Source of the DNA: a virus
Direction: 5' to 3' (one strand)
Length of the DNA: 64,000 nucleotides
Virus record (IMG/VR): IMGVR_UViG_3300047356_000838
Location: 21,780 to 85,779 of that record
How positions within the stretch are numbered: the first letter of the stretch is position 1; each line of letters begins with the position of its first letter. The position numbers were made by a program, and so were the translations under genes. Of the stretch, positions 8,839 to 18,652 are shown one piece after another. A model generated the notes under the pieces. It saw nothing but the letters and a program-made list of their open reading frames with translations, did not search any database and was not told the DNA's origin.

Positions 8839-9487
8839 CAAAGTATACCATATTATATTGTTGTGTTATATCTTTATATAAATCTTGTTTGTGCGATACA
8901 TGCTCCTGAGCAAGTGCTTTATTCTCAAAAATAGGACATTCATTTAAAAAAAGTCTATCAATTCCTAAACACCATCCTAACCATATGTTACTGTTAATAT
9001 TCCCGAAATATATACTTGGATCTATACAGGTAGTTTTAAAATTTTCAATACATCTGGCTGCAATCTCGTAATCTTTGGTATAGTCTATTTTTGCCTCGTC
9101 GAACATAGTAAAGCAATCTTTGATAAATTTTTCTGGGTCAATATAAAGATCATCATAGTTAATGTGCAAATTTTCTTTATAAAAGATTATTGACGAATTT
9201 GCTACTTGATTAAAAAGCTCAAGTTGCTTGGAGACCTGTTGTGTATGTTGTTTACGGTCAGTTATATTATACTTAATGACAGCGTTTAAATACATATTAA
9301 ATTTATAGTTGCCGCAAAAATACTTACAATTATCTTTTTCATCGTGGGTTAATATAATATCATTACTTCTAATAGATTGATGAAAGTTAGTACCTATATG
9401 CAATTGCTGTGTACTGTCTTGTAACATGCTTAACATATTACTAACAAAGTTTCCGCCTGCACCACCAAGAAAACACAATACCAGCAT
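8831..9487 (-). CDS. Hypothetical protein, possibly sulfotransferase/P-loop-like
   Basis: N-terminal GGAGGNFV loop and INYDDLY.DP segment resemble sulfotransferase folds; AT-rich. Confidence 0.45.
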   Translation of the reverse strand: MLVLCFLGGAGGNFVSNMLSMLQDSTQQLHIGTNFHQSIRSNDIILTHDEKDNCKYFCGNYKFNMYLNAVIKYNITDRKQHTQQVSKQLELFNQVANSSIIFYKENLHINYDDLYIDPEKFIKDCFTMFDEAKIDYTKDYEIAARCIENFKTTCIDPSIYFGNINSNIWLGWCLGIDRLFLNECPIFENKALAQEHVSHKQDLYKDITQQYNMVYFDV

Positions 9488-9489
9488 AA

Positions 9490-10662
9490 TTAAAGCTCAT
9501 AACCAATTACTTTTGCCATCTTAGCGTGACTTCCTGCAAAATTTTGATTACGATACAAGTCCGTTTGGCGCAGTTTAGTATGCAGTGATTCGCCGTTCTC
9601 TTTCCCACCTGAATTAACTATCATTTGTTTTAGTGCAACAATATCATCTTTATATTTGCTGTGTTTTATCTGTTGCTTTTGTAAGTATAACATAACAGGA
9701 CTGCGAGCACCTCTAGGTATACAACTTAGACTGAACTCCCAGGGATCATGCATTACGTTAAAATGTACGCTATTAAAATCCATAGTATCTGCCCAGGTTA
9801 ATATTTCATCCAAGTAATAAATGTTTTGAACGTTCCAGGTACAGCATAACTGCGTACTAATTGGATAGCCACTGTCTCTGAGTGCATGTACCTTTTTTAT
9901 GTTAGCATTACTAGTCTCCCAGTTTGCGCCATAGCGTTCATATTCAAAACGTTCTTCAGTATTGTCTACACTAAATGCTATTTGCACATGTTTAAAATGC
10001 TGCCATATCGTGGGATCTTTTGGATACTGTGTAGTGTTTGTATTGTAATGGATGTCAATATCTTTAGCAAGTCCTCGATCAACTGCACGTTGTAATAGAT
10101 CAAAATGCTCCTTGATCATCCATGGTTCGCCGCCAGTAAATTCAAAATATTTTATTTGTGGCAGTATCTCATCTAACTGTGTCCAAAAATGTTCACTTTC
10201 TCTGGGCCATTGTCCTGCCCGTAACCAAGTACGAGCAATATGATTTTTACTGTCATCTACATAGTCTAATTCTTCTTTTGCCCATTTGCTGCTACTCCAA
10301 CTACCACATATTCTACATTTTAAATTACAAATGTTTCCAAGTTTTAAATCTAAGAAAACAAGTTCTTCGCCATTGTTGTCTTTGTATTCAATGTTAAGAT
10401 GTTTAAACTTTTCCAACATGTATTCACGTTTTGATTTTTTGCCAGCATCTTCTTCACGCCAGCAGTTACGACAACCATCAGGTTTTTCGCCTCTGCGGAA
10501 ACTACGGCGCAGATCACGCATTGTCTTGCTGTTGAACGCATCCTCTAGTGTATGTGTTTTAAGATCAACGTTGGGTATTTCATCAGTATACAAACAACAA
10601 GGGCGTGTTGTTCCCAGCGGAGTTGTTTCAATGCTAATCCATGGAAGTATGCATCTACTCAT
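9490..10662 (-). CDS. Twitch-domain radical SAM protein
   Basis: CILPW...PCC...CRNC, CNLKCRIC, TGGEP, YNTN. Confidence 0.92.
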   Translation of the reverse strand: MSRCILPWISIETTPLGTTRPCCLYTDEIPNVDLKTHTLEDAFNSKTMRDLRRSFRRGEKPDGCRNCWREEDAGKKSKREYMLEKFKHLNIEYKDNNGEELVFLDLKLGNICNLKCRICGSWSSSKWAKEELDYVDDSKNHIARTWLRAGQWPRESEHFWTQLDEILPQIKYFEFTGGEPWMIKEHFDLLQRAVDRGLAKDIDIHYNTNTTQYPKDPTIWQHFKHVQIAFSVDNTEERFEYERYGANWETSNANIKKVHALRDSGYPISTQLCCTWNVQNIYYLDEILTWADTMDFNSVHFNVMHDPWEFSLSCIPRGARSPVMLYLQKQQIKHSKYKDDIVALKQMIVNSGGKENGESLHTKLRQTDLYRNQNFAGSHAKMAKVIGYEL

Positions 10663-11962
10663 ATTGTGCTAAACCTTGTAGTTCAGGAAACACTGTATAA
10701 AAGTTTTCTGTACGCACTGCGTCCAACTGCTTGGTAACATGATTAAACTTGGGCAAATGCTGTGTATTGTCAGTATTATTCATAAAACTAATTGTACTGC
10801 GGAAACCATTTGTTGCACGTTGCAAATGATCCTGAGGTTCTAGCCATGCAATGTGCTCTTCTAGTTTTTGTGTTGCTTGTGCTTTTAGTTCTTTGGGTAA
10901 ACAATCTGCACGATACCAATCAGGTGATTGCAGTATGTTTACGTTTAAGTCCTGTGCTTTGAGCAATCCACTGTCTACCCACGCTCTATGAAAATCAGGC
11001 ACATGTAGTACATTCATTAAACTTACTGTTGGACTAATGTAAAAGTCTACGTCAGGACACACTTCTAGCATGCGTTGTCTGTTGTGTACAATTTTATTCC
11101 AGTCACACCCACTGCGCATTAGTTCTGCACGATCTCCACTGGCATCCAAACTTGCGCCAATACTAACACTATCAAACATACCCCAATAGTCCAGCACATC
11201 TAAATCTTTATACAGCGTTTCATTAAAGTTTGTATTATAAATTAATTTAACATCAAAACGTTTGCGACGAACAAGTTCTTTAAGTATGTTATAGTGTTCC
11301 TGCATAATCAGAGGTTCACCACCTGCAAAATATATTTGCTCTATGTGGTCAATGTGTGGGATCATTTGTTCCCATATATCAGTCTTATTCTTACCTGCCC
11401 ATTCTATACGCTTGTGATTAGGTGCTTGTCCATGCATTTTAACATGATCATCATACCACAAACTGCTAAACATAGGACCGCAACTGCGACACTTTAGATT
11501 ACACTGATTACTAAAACGAATATCCCAGTATACTAGTTCAAAGTCTGGATTAACACCCTGATCTACTTTGTCAATGTGATGCCCAAAGTGTTTGTTGTGG
11601 CTGTTTCTCATACTAAAGAAGCCTTGCGCTTCCTGTTCGTAGCAGCGTGTGCATTCTTTGCAAGGTTTGTCAGCAAGCATGCGTTCACGCATTTGGACAT
11701 AATTTGACCCGTTCCAAATTTCCTCTAATGAATTATCTCGCATGTTGCCGATAGGGTGTTCCATTTCAGCCAAACAACAAGGGTATGCTTCGCCTGTTGG
11801 AAATCCGTGTATGTGCGTCCATGGAATCATACAAAAGTACTTGCTTTCCATTAAACGCTTTTGCTGGTCTTCACGCAAACTTTCTAACTTAACAAACACA
11901 GGACGTCTGCTGTTGTAGTCATATGTTTCGTAATATTTGTCTGTTTTTTCAGAGCGACTCAT
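10655..11962 (-). CDS. Twitch-domain radical SAM protein
   Basis: CMIPW...PCC...CTRC, CNLKCRSC, AGGEPL, YNTN, SLDA. Confidence 0.92.
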   Translation of the reverse strand: MSRSEKTDKYYETYDYNSRRPVFVKLESLREDQQKRLMESKYFCMIPWTHIHGFPTGEAYPCCLAEMEHPIGNMRDNSLEEIWNGSNYVQMRERMLADKPCKECTRCYEQEAQGFFSMRNSHNKHFGHHIDKVDQGVNPDFELVYWDIRFSNQCNLKCRSCGPMFSSLWYDDHVKMHGQAPNHKRIEWAGKNKTDIWEQMIPHIDHIEQIYFAGGEPLIMQEHYNILKELVRRKRFDVKLIYNTNFNETLYKDLDVLDYWGMFDSVSIGASLDASGDRAELMRSGCDWNKIVHNRQRMLEVCPDVDFYISPTVSLMNVLHVPDFHRAWVDSGLLKAQDLNVNILQSPDWYRADCLPKELKAQATQKLEEHIAWLEPQDHLQRATNGFRSTISFMNNTDNTQHLPKFNHVTKQLDAVRTENFYTVFPELQGLAQYE

Positions 11963-13277
11963 ACCATTCCTCTAGTTCTGGAAACGCCCGTGCAAATGTG
12001 TGATTGCGGCGTACATCATATTGTGTGTAAAACTTTTTAAAGTCGTTGTGCAAGCGTGGCATTTCAAATGCTTCGTTGTGTGGTTTCTCAACCACTTGCA
12101 AATACTCAATTAATCTGTCCAGTTGTCCACGCTCCCAGTCTTGCATGTTAGATAAGTCAAGTTGTTTTAGTCTACTAACACAAGCATCTTTAATAGGTTG
12201 CGGTAACACCAAACAACTCTGGAAACTTGGAAAGCGCAGTATATTATAACTCATTACTGCAAACCCATTGCCAAATAGAGTTCTTGCACGAAGTATTTTT
12301 TCAATCATATCAGGCAGTGTTGGTAGACACAGCGCATTAATTGTCATCATACAGTGTGTGTCAATATCTGCAAAGTGTAGTTTTAACAAGTTTTTCCACC
12401 ACTGGTCGAAGTCTAATCCGTCACGGATGTATTCAGCACTGTATCCTGTTGCTTCCATACTAGTGTAAATATTTAAACTAGGCAAGTGTGTTCTTGCTTC
12501 TACTAATCTATCTATTAGTTCAGGTTTGCCGCCGAGGTTACTATTAATAGCAAGACCGGTCTGACTTTTATCTGCGTTTAGTTTAAACCAATCAAACAAT
12601 CTCCAAAGTTCTGCACTCATAATAGGTTCACCGCCTGTGATGCGCAGTTCACGCAGTGTGCGATGTAGGTCAGTGTCCCACCATTTAAAAAATGCTTCTA
12701 CATATGGATTTGTTTCGCCGAACTTGTACAGTTGGTTCTTATCGTGCGGATGTGTGAAGTGGTTACGTCCATCACTTTGTAGATCATTGTAACTGCCTTT
12801 TTGTTTTATATCTTTTACCCATGTTGTGCTAAATGCGGGATTGCAATAACTGCAAGCAAAGTTGCATGTTCTATCAAAGGCAATCTCAAGGGTAATGAGA
12901 TCAACATCTTCATCATGTGGTGTAGCGTATGCATTTTTAAGTTCCTCACTAGTATATATCTTGGATTTGTAAACACGGTCACTTATAAATGACTTGCCCA
13001 TGTCCTCAATTTTCCAACAGTATTCACAACCACTGGGACGTTCACCGCACTGCATTTGTCTACGCTGTTCTTTTTTCTCAGGTGTGTTGTGCAACAGTTT
13101 TGGATTTTCTAGCACTAGTTCTGGATTGACTAGATGTGCTGGCGGATGATGACAACTGGTAGTCATACCGCTGCCAAGCCATATAGTAGCGTTGTACCAC
13201 TTGGCTGCGCAGAAACTTGCGCTCTTAGTGTCTAAATGGTTTGCTTTAAATATTAGATCTGTTTGCATACTGTTCAC
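11949..13277 (-). CDS. Twitch-domain radical SAM protein (CHHPP subtype)
   Basis: CAAKW...SCHHPP...CEYC, CNFACSYC, TGGEP; the start may be the ATG at 13268. Confidence 0.9.
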   Translation of the reverse strand: MNSMQTDLIFKANHLDTKSASFCAAKWYNATIWLGSGMTTSCHHPPAHLVNPELVLENPKLLHNTPEKKEQRRQMQCGERPSGCEYCWKIEDMGKSFISDRVYKSKIYTSEELKNAYATPHDEDVDLITLEIAFDRTCNFACSYCNPAFSTTWVKDIKQKGSYNDLQSDGRNHFTHPHDKNQLYKFGETNPYVEAFFKWWDTDLHRTLRELRITGGEPIMSAELWRLFDWFKLNADKSQTGLAINSNLGGKPELIDRLVEARTHLPSLNIYTSMEATGYSAEYIRDGLDFDQWWKNLLKLHFADIDTHCMMTINALCLPTLPDMIEKILRARTLFGNGFAVMSYNILRFPSFQSCLVLPQPIKDACVSRLKQLDLSNMQDWERGQLDRLIEYLQVVEKPHNEAFEMPRLHNDFKKFYTQYDVRRNHTFARAFPELEEWYESL

Positions 13278-14613
13278 ACTGTTGCCAAAATGTTTTCATC
13301 TCTGGAAAGGTTTCTAAAAAATTTGTTTCTCTGCGTCGGTCATGTTCACTAAAGAATTTGTAAAAATCTCCACGCTTGCGTTCTACATCTGTAGTACCTT
13401 GTAACATCCAATCCAAATCACGTTGCATTTTTAGCACTTCATAGTCTTTGAATCCATGCATTTCGTGCATGTTATCTTGCATATAGCGTATACATTCTTG
13501 CATTACTATTTGATATTCCATGGGCAATATTTGCATGCTTTGCCACTCAGGAGTATAGAGTAAAGGTGTATCAAACCATATACGCTGATAGGTATCAGTG
13601 TAAGTTTTACGCAAGTATACAATGTATTCTAACAATTTTTTAAGAGAAAGTATACTTAAATTATTCATTGTAATGATGAATGTCAGGCTACTACGACGTG
13701 GAACATCTCGAACAAATTCTTCACATCTATTTATAGCAAGATCAAAGTCCAATCCATGACGTATATATTCTGCTTGTTTACCCCAGGTGTCCAAACTAAC
13801 AAACTGCATAAAGTGTTCAATTTGCTCACCTTCGCACAGGCGTTGCACATAACCTTTGTACTTGTCCCATACCTTAGCGTCAACACTAAAATTACTTGTG
13901 GTGTTAAGATGTAGATCAGGCTTTGGATTATCTAACACATAGTCAAACACACGATATGTGTTTGGATCCATTGTGGGCTCACCGCCTGTCATTCTGAAGT
14001 GTTTAAGATCCTTGTATAGAGCTGGCCACCATCGCCAGAAGGCTTCGCGGTAGGGGTTGTCTTCTCTGTTGGGAATAGCCCGTCTTTTGCCCACAAAGTG
14101 TTGGGGGTCATTGTGCGGTACAGTTGTGGGCCATGCTCCGTGTTCCTTTGATTCTGCTGTCCAGGTGCTGCTAAACTGAGGACTGCAATAACTGCAACTA
14201 AGATTACAAACATTATTAAAATTTACCTCTACATAACTTGGGTTAACATCCGCAAGTGGGTTGTTAACTATTTCATCAAAACTCTGCATGGCCCAGGGCT
14301 CGCCGCTGCGGTAATGACGGTCACTTATATTGCCTTGTGATTCTATGTTCCAACAATAATTACAATCACTGCACTTAGTTCCCTCCATCATTTCTAGTCG
14401 ACTTTGTTTTTTGTGTGCAGTGTTGTGTAACGCACTGGGATTTTCTGCTAGTGGTTCCACAGGAATAGGATGCAATGGTGGATGGTAGCAACTGTTTGTA
14501 TGACCAGTTGTTAAATGCAAACTAACTTGTTTCCATTTTGCCAAACAAAAACTATCACTTACTGTTGCAAGTTTATCTTTTGCAGTTAGTGCATCGTTGT
14601 AATAATCACTCAT
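13246..14613 (-). CDS. Twitch-domain radical SAM protein (CYHPP subtype)
   Basis: CLAKW...SCYHPP...CNYC, CNLSCSYC, TGGEP. Confidence 0.9.
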   Translation of the reverse strand: MSDYYNDALTAKDKLATVSDSFCLAKWKQVSLHLTTGHTNSCYHPPLHPIPVEPLAENPSALHNTAHKKQSRLEMMEGTKCSDCNYCWNIESQGNISDRHYRSGEPWAMQSFDEIVNNPLADVNPSYVEVNFNNVCNLSCSYCSPQFSSTWTAESKEHGAWPTTVPHNDPQHFVGKRRAIPNREDNPYREAFWRWWPALYKDLKHFRMTGGEPTMDPNTYRVFDYVLDNPKPDLHLNTTSNFSVDAKVWDKYKGYVQRLCEGEQIEHFMQFVSLDTWGKQAEYIRHGLDFDLAINRCEEFVRDVPRRSSLTFIITMNNLSILSLKKLLEYIVYLRKTYTDTYQRIWFDTPLLYTPEWQSMQILPMEYQIVMQECIRYMQDNMHEMHGFKDYEVLKMQRDLDWMLQGTTDVERKRGDFYKFFSEHDRRRETNFLETFPEMKTFWQQCEQYANRSNI

Positions 14614-15569
14614 ATACCATCTCGCATATATTCTTGAATAGCATATTTTTCAAACGGCAAACTACTCCATATATCTGTGTTTTTAAGTTTGTCTTGTAAC
14701 AATATAAAACTCATTGTGTGCGGAAATAGCCAACTTTCATCATTATTCAATAAACTTCTAAGGTGAGCATTATCTGGAATATATTCTATAGATTCTTTTA
14801 GGTCTTTTGGTAATACATTTACACACAAATAATCAGGCTCTGCTAGTATGTTATAAACAACAGGATATTTGCTCCATTGTTCAATTTCTTTTAAGTTAAA
14901 AATATTCAATACACTTATAGTTGGATTTACTGTGACTTTTGCATACATTGCTGCAGTGTGTAAATTATTTGTCCACTTGTCCCATTTAGTGCCGTAACGC
15001 AATTGTTCTCCTAAGGGACCAATTGCATCCATACTAGCATTGACCGACACATGTTTAAATCTAGGCCAGTATATATCAATATTTTTTATTGATAACAGAT
15101 TACTATTATAATGTAATGTAACACTACTAGGATCAATGATACTATCTAATACTTGCCAGTGTTTGGGATTGATAAGTGGTTCTCCTCCAGCAAAGTAGAT
15201 ATGTTCTACATTTGTTAAATCTACATCAAAGTCTGTGCTTACAAATTTTGTTTCACCTAATCTATCAGCCCATTTACTACTGTAATAACTATTACAAATT
15301 GTACATTCTAGGTTACAAAGATTATTGTTTCTTACATCTAAATATCGTATAGCATAAGTCTCATTTTTTAAACTATCAAAATTATCTTTGTACTTTGGTC
15401 CAGGATGCCTACAAGCGTCACATCCTGCTCCATCTCTTAAACTATGCCATGGATCTTTCCAGTCAAGGTCATTAATATCCAAAAATAAATTGTGATCAAA
15501 TAAACAGCAAGGACTTACTTTTCCATCTGGATGAATACAGAATCCGCTATCAAAAGCACCACAATCCAT
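14610..15569 (-). CDS. Compact twitch-domain radical SAM protein
   Basis: DGKVSPCC...CDAC, CNLECTIC, AGGEPL, YNSN. Confidence 0.88.
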   Translation of the reverse strand: MDCGAFDSGFCIHPDGKVSPCCLFDHNLFLDINDLDWKDPWHSLRDGAGCDACRHPGPKYKDNFDSLKNETYAIRYLDVRNNNLCNLECTICNSYYSSKWADRLGETKFVSTDFDVDLTNVEHIYFAGGEPLINPKHWQVLDSIIDPSSVTLHYNSNLLSIKNIDIYWPRFKHVSVNASMDAIGPLGEQLRYGTKWDKWTNNLHTAAMYAKVTVNPTISVLNIFNLKEIEQWSKYPVVYNILAEPDYLCVNVLPKDLKESIEYIPDNAHLRSLLNNDESWLFPHTMSFILLQDKLKNTDIWSSLPFEKYAIQEYMRDGI

Positions 15570-16480
15570 TACCAGCCTTCGTGCTTTCTAATTGCATCTA
15601 TTTCCAGTGTCATAGGTCCTGCTGCACAGTATGTTTGTTCATAATACTTCTTAAAAAAAGCACTTTCTTTAATTCCTATATCTAACATAGGCAATCCAAG
15701 TCTGCTCAGAAGCGCACCGTTAATCTCAGGCATGTTCATAATATCATATTCGGAATATATCTTATCTAAATTTTCAAACCACTGTACTTGTGTATGATCC
15801 CAGTCAGTAAGCATGGTCATGTATGTACCCATTCGTGCACCATTAATTGCATCTGAACCGTGTTCTGCATCTCTGCCAACGTTATGCCACACGCTTAATC
15901 TATCAAAGTTTGACTTATGTACCATATCTTCAAATTCAATTAGTGTAGGTTTTGTGCCATTGCGTAAACACATCTTTACACCTTCACGGAATCCTGCACG
16001 CCAAGCATGTTTAGCACTGCCATTGGGATAGGTTGTGCTATACACATTGTTCATTGCTAGATACTTTGGATCATAACAAAACTCTACATCATTTTCATCA
16101 GTGCCATCACTTGCTTCATGTGTGCGCATGTTGTTTACGAATGTGCGTGTCCAGCAACTCATACCACCATTGCCATACATAAGTCCGTTGATGTTGTTTA
16201 CTGCTTTCCAACGAAATACACAATCCTCATGTTCTGGTTTAATATCCAGTGTAATATCAAAAAACTCTGGATAAGGCATGTTGTCACCATCAATGAGGAT
16301 GAAACGTTCTGTATCACTTGCGTCTGCGGCTGCTTTGTGTGCAGCATCACTGCCCTGTACATTATCAACACGCTTTGCCCAGGGCACCATGTTTTGTATC
16401 TTAATCCAGAATTCTTCTTTCTTAGGTTCGTCGTAACTAAGATAAATGCAGTCTAGGTCTGCTACATCAACTTTTGACAT
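15569..16480 (-). CDS. Phage glycosyltransferase-like protein (GT-A, DxD)
   Basis: YLSYDEP, AKRVDNVQGSDAAHKAAA, FILIDGDN, YGNGG, AWRAGFREGVKM. Confidence 0.7.
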   Translation of the reverse strand: MSKVDVADLDCIYLSYDEPKKEEFWIKIQNMVPWAKRVDNVQGSDAAHKAAADASDTERFILIDGDNMPYPEFFDITLDIKPEHEDCVFRWKAVNNINGLMYGNGGMSCWTRTFVNNMRTHEASDGTDENDVEFCYDPKYLAMNNVYSTTYPNGSAKHAWRAGFREGVKMCLRNGTKPTLIEFEDMVHKSNFDRLSVWHNVGRDAEHGSDAINGARMGTYMTMLTDWDHTQVQWFENLDKIYSEYDIMNMPEINGALLSRLGLPMLDIGIKESAFFKKYYEQTYCAAGPMTLEIDAIRKHEGW

Positions 16481-16748
16481 ATGGATTTCTCGCTAGTTCT
16501 TGTTGTGTTAATCCCCAAGTTCGATGTTTAGGAGGACTAAATGTTAGTTTATTTTCTACTACTGTGTAGTCGTCACGTTTACTATTACACGCATCAAATT
16601 CATCTTGTGTAATAACGATATAATCATGTTCTAATACGTCATATGATATATCTATTATACAGCCTTGATCATCATAATACAACTTATGTATTTTTTTAGT
16701 ACTAGGTGGTTTTAGTTGATCTGCTACTTCAAAGAATGCGCTGCTCAT
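16467..16748 (-). CDS. Hypothetical protein
   Basis: 93-aa ORF translationally coupled on both sides. Confidence 0.6.
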   Translation of the reverse strand: MSSAFFEVADQLKPPSTKKIHKLYYDDQGCIIDISYDVLEHDYIVITQDEFDACNSKRDDYTVVENKLTFSPPKHRTWGLTQQELARNPYVKS

Positions 16749-17556
16749 ATCTCGTTATTAACTCCTGTGTACAAAAATCTTTGTGAAAATAATGAAATGG
16801 TCTAGTTTGTGCATATCCGTTTACACAAAATATCATATCATCTGTTAGTGCCCAACTACAAGCATCCCGCCAATCATCGTTACTAAAATCATTGATATGC
16901 TGCTTCATGTGTGTAAATGTAGGATAATCTAATGTAGGCATATAGTAATCTTCGCTGCCTAATTCAGTTGCAGCAATACTCATAAACACATCTGTATCTG
17001 CAGTGTTGTGTCTACAGTTACTTAGCACACTTAATTTGTATATATCAAAGTTATCAAACACACGTTGACTTGTTTCAAAAAATTGTTTTGTTTCAGCACA
17101 GTGTCTAAAATACATAAAACCATTATAAGCATTGCATAAATTGTTTTCATGCCACATCCGTCTGTGATGTTTATCTTCTACTATTTCACCTCGATAGTTG
17201 CGCACCTGTGTAGTAAAACAAACATTCTTAAGTCTAGCACCTGCCCACCAGTGATCAATATTGCTTGTAATGAGCATGTCACTTTCTACTTTAAATGTTT
17301 CTTTGTAAGGAGTTAAGTCCCATGCACGATTTTCATTTTCAAAAGGATGCATAGTATCAATTTGGATTATCTCGTCAAATACTTTGCGGTGATTGTCTGT
17401 AAGCAAGTCCGCTGTACTAGGATCTACAACAACACAAAAATCATTTATTTTACAATAAGTTTTGACACTCAAAGCAAGCAGATATGCACAATGAAGATAT
17501 TGTTCTCCTTGTGCAAAAGTTAGATATCCTTGCGCTTTATTTTTTTCTATGCGCAT
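16729..17556 (-). CDS. GT8-like glycosyltransferase
   Basis: Y...AYLLALS, LTPYKET..ESDM (DxD-like), YNGFMYF, FTHMK. Confidence 0.65.
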   Translation of the reverse strand: MRIEKNKAQGYLTFAQGEQYLHCAYLLALSVKTYCKINDFCVVVDPSTADLLTDNHRKVFDEIIQIDTMHPFENENRAWDLTPYKETFKVESDMLITSNIDHWWAGARLKNVCFTTQVRNYRGEIVEDKHHRRMWHENNLCNAYNGFMYFRHCAETKQFFETSQRVFDNFDIYKLSVLSNCRHNTADTDVFMSIAATELGSEDYYMPTLDYPTFTHMKQHINDFSNDDWRDACSWALTDDMIFCVNGYAQTRPFHYFHKDFCTQELITRYEQRIL

Positions 17557-18308
17557 AGTTTATCCGCTACTTCCAGCAAACTGCGTTTGTTCATTACATG
17601 TAAATCGCCTGTGTAGCGTACAACGTTATGTGATTCTTTGTGTTCATACTTGAGTAGCCAACGCCCATTTGCATAATCCAATACACTGTCACTACTGCTA
17701 AGTGCAGGCAATGCATAGTCAAATGTTGCTGTGTTTGCATATCCGTTGCATATTTGATGTGCAATGCTCATTGCAAAATCATTGCGAAACGGTGCTTTAC
17801 TAAACCCAAACAATTCTGCATAGTAAGCGTAGTTTTCATATACCATACGCCAAGCATCAAATATACGCTTTGCACGTTCCGTTTTTTTAAAATACACAAC
17901 TGTTGCCCAACGCATTTCAAACCAATTCTGCGTCATAAAACGGTCATGTCTAAACACATCATTGCCAGAGACATCCCAACTTGAATTATGGCAAACAAAG
18001 TCGTGATCACACCCAAAATATTTTGCTAGTGCGTCACACTGTACAATATAATCACTGTCAATCAGCAATGTTTCGTTGTATGGACTAAGTTCATAGGCAC
18101 TGTATCTGCCTATGTTGTTCCACTCTGTACCTTCTAGTTCGCCGTTAGGGTAACGAAATGTGCGAAAGTTTTTTTGTGCAGGATCTAGTTTAACTACGGT
18201 ACTAGGTACACCTAAATGCTTTTCTGCTAGTCGTGCGCATGTTTCACTTAGACGTAGATAGTCTAACTGTGCGCTTTCACTGTACAGTATTAGTATGCCT
18301 TTAGACAG
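17547..18308 (-). CDS. GT8-like glycosyltransferase with probable CTG start (MSKGILILYSE...)
   Basis: Frame is open 240 nt upstream of the ORF-track start; YELSPYNETLLIDSDY, FRNDFAMSIA, HVMNK; AGGGG SD before CTG. Confidence 0.7.
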   Translation of the reverse strand: MSKGILILYSESAQLDYLRLSETCARLAEKHLGVPSTVVKLDPAQKNFRTFRYPNGELEGTEWNNIGRYSAYELSPYNETLLIDSDYIVQCDALAKYFGCDHDFVCHNSSWDVSGNDVFRHDRFMTQNWFEMRWATVVYFKKTERAKRIFDAWRMVYENYAYYAELFGFSKAPFRNDFAMSIAHQICNGYANTATFDYALPALSSSDSVLDYANGRWLLKYEHKESHNVVRYTGDLHVMNKRSLLEVADKLCA

Positions 18309-18645
18309 AGACGTCCCCTGCTTTGCGTTTTGTTTTTAGTTCAGTGTATTCATTGTGCCAATCATTGTGTACTTCATTCCAACGAGCATCACATAGTTTT
18401 ACAAGTTCTACACAGTCAATTTCAATTGGTGTATCATAACTATCTGGTATAATGCATTTAGTGCTTTGTTGAAACAGGCCTGCATTTGCATTTTTCATAT
18501 ACAAATAGTTAAGCAAGGTCATATCTACACGGAATAGCCCACCATTATATGTAACAGTGAGCCGTTGCTGTTGTTGCTCTTTAAGAGTCTGTTTTTGTCG
18601 GTTGAGCTCGAATCTTTCGCGAGCATATGTTTCTAGATTTTCCAT
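18301..18645 (-). CDS. Hypothetical protein, first gene of the accessory operon (MENLETY...)
   Basis: ATG at 18645 lies 7 nt downstream of a TATAAT box. Confidence 0.7.
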   Translation of the reverse strand: MENLETYARERFELNRQKQTLKEQQQQRLTVTYNGGLFRVDMTLLNYLYMKNANAGLFQQSTKCIIPDSYDTPIEIDCVELVKLCDARWNEVHNDWHNEYTELKTKRKAGDVSV

Positions 18646-18652
18646 TCTTGAT

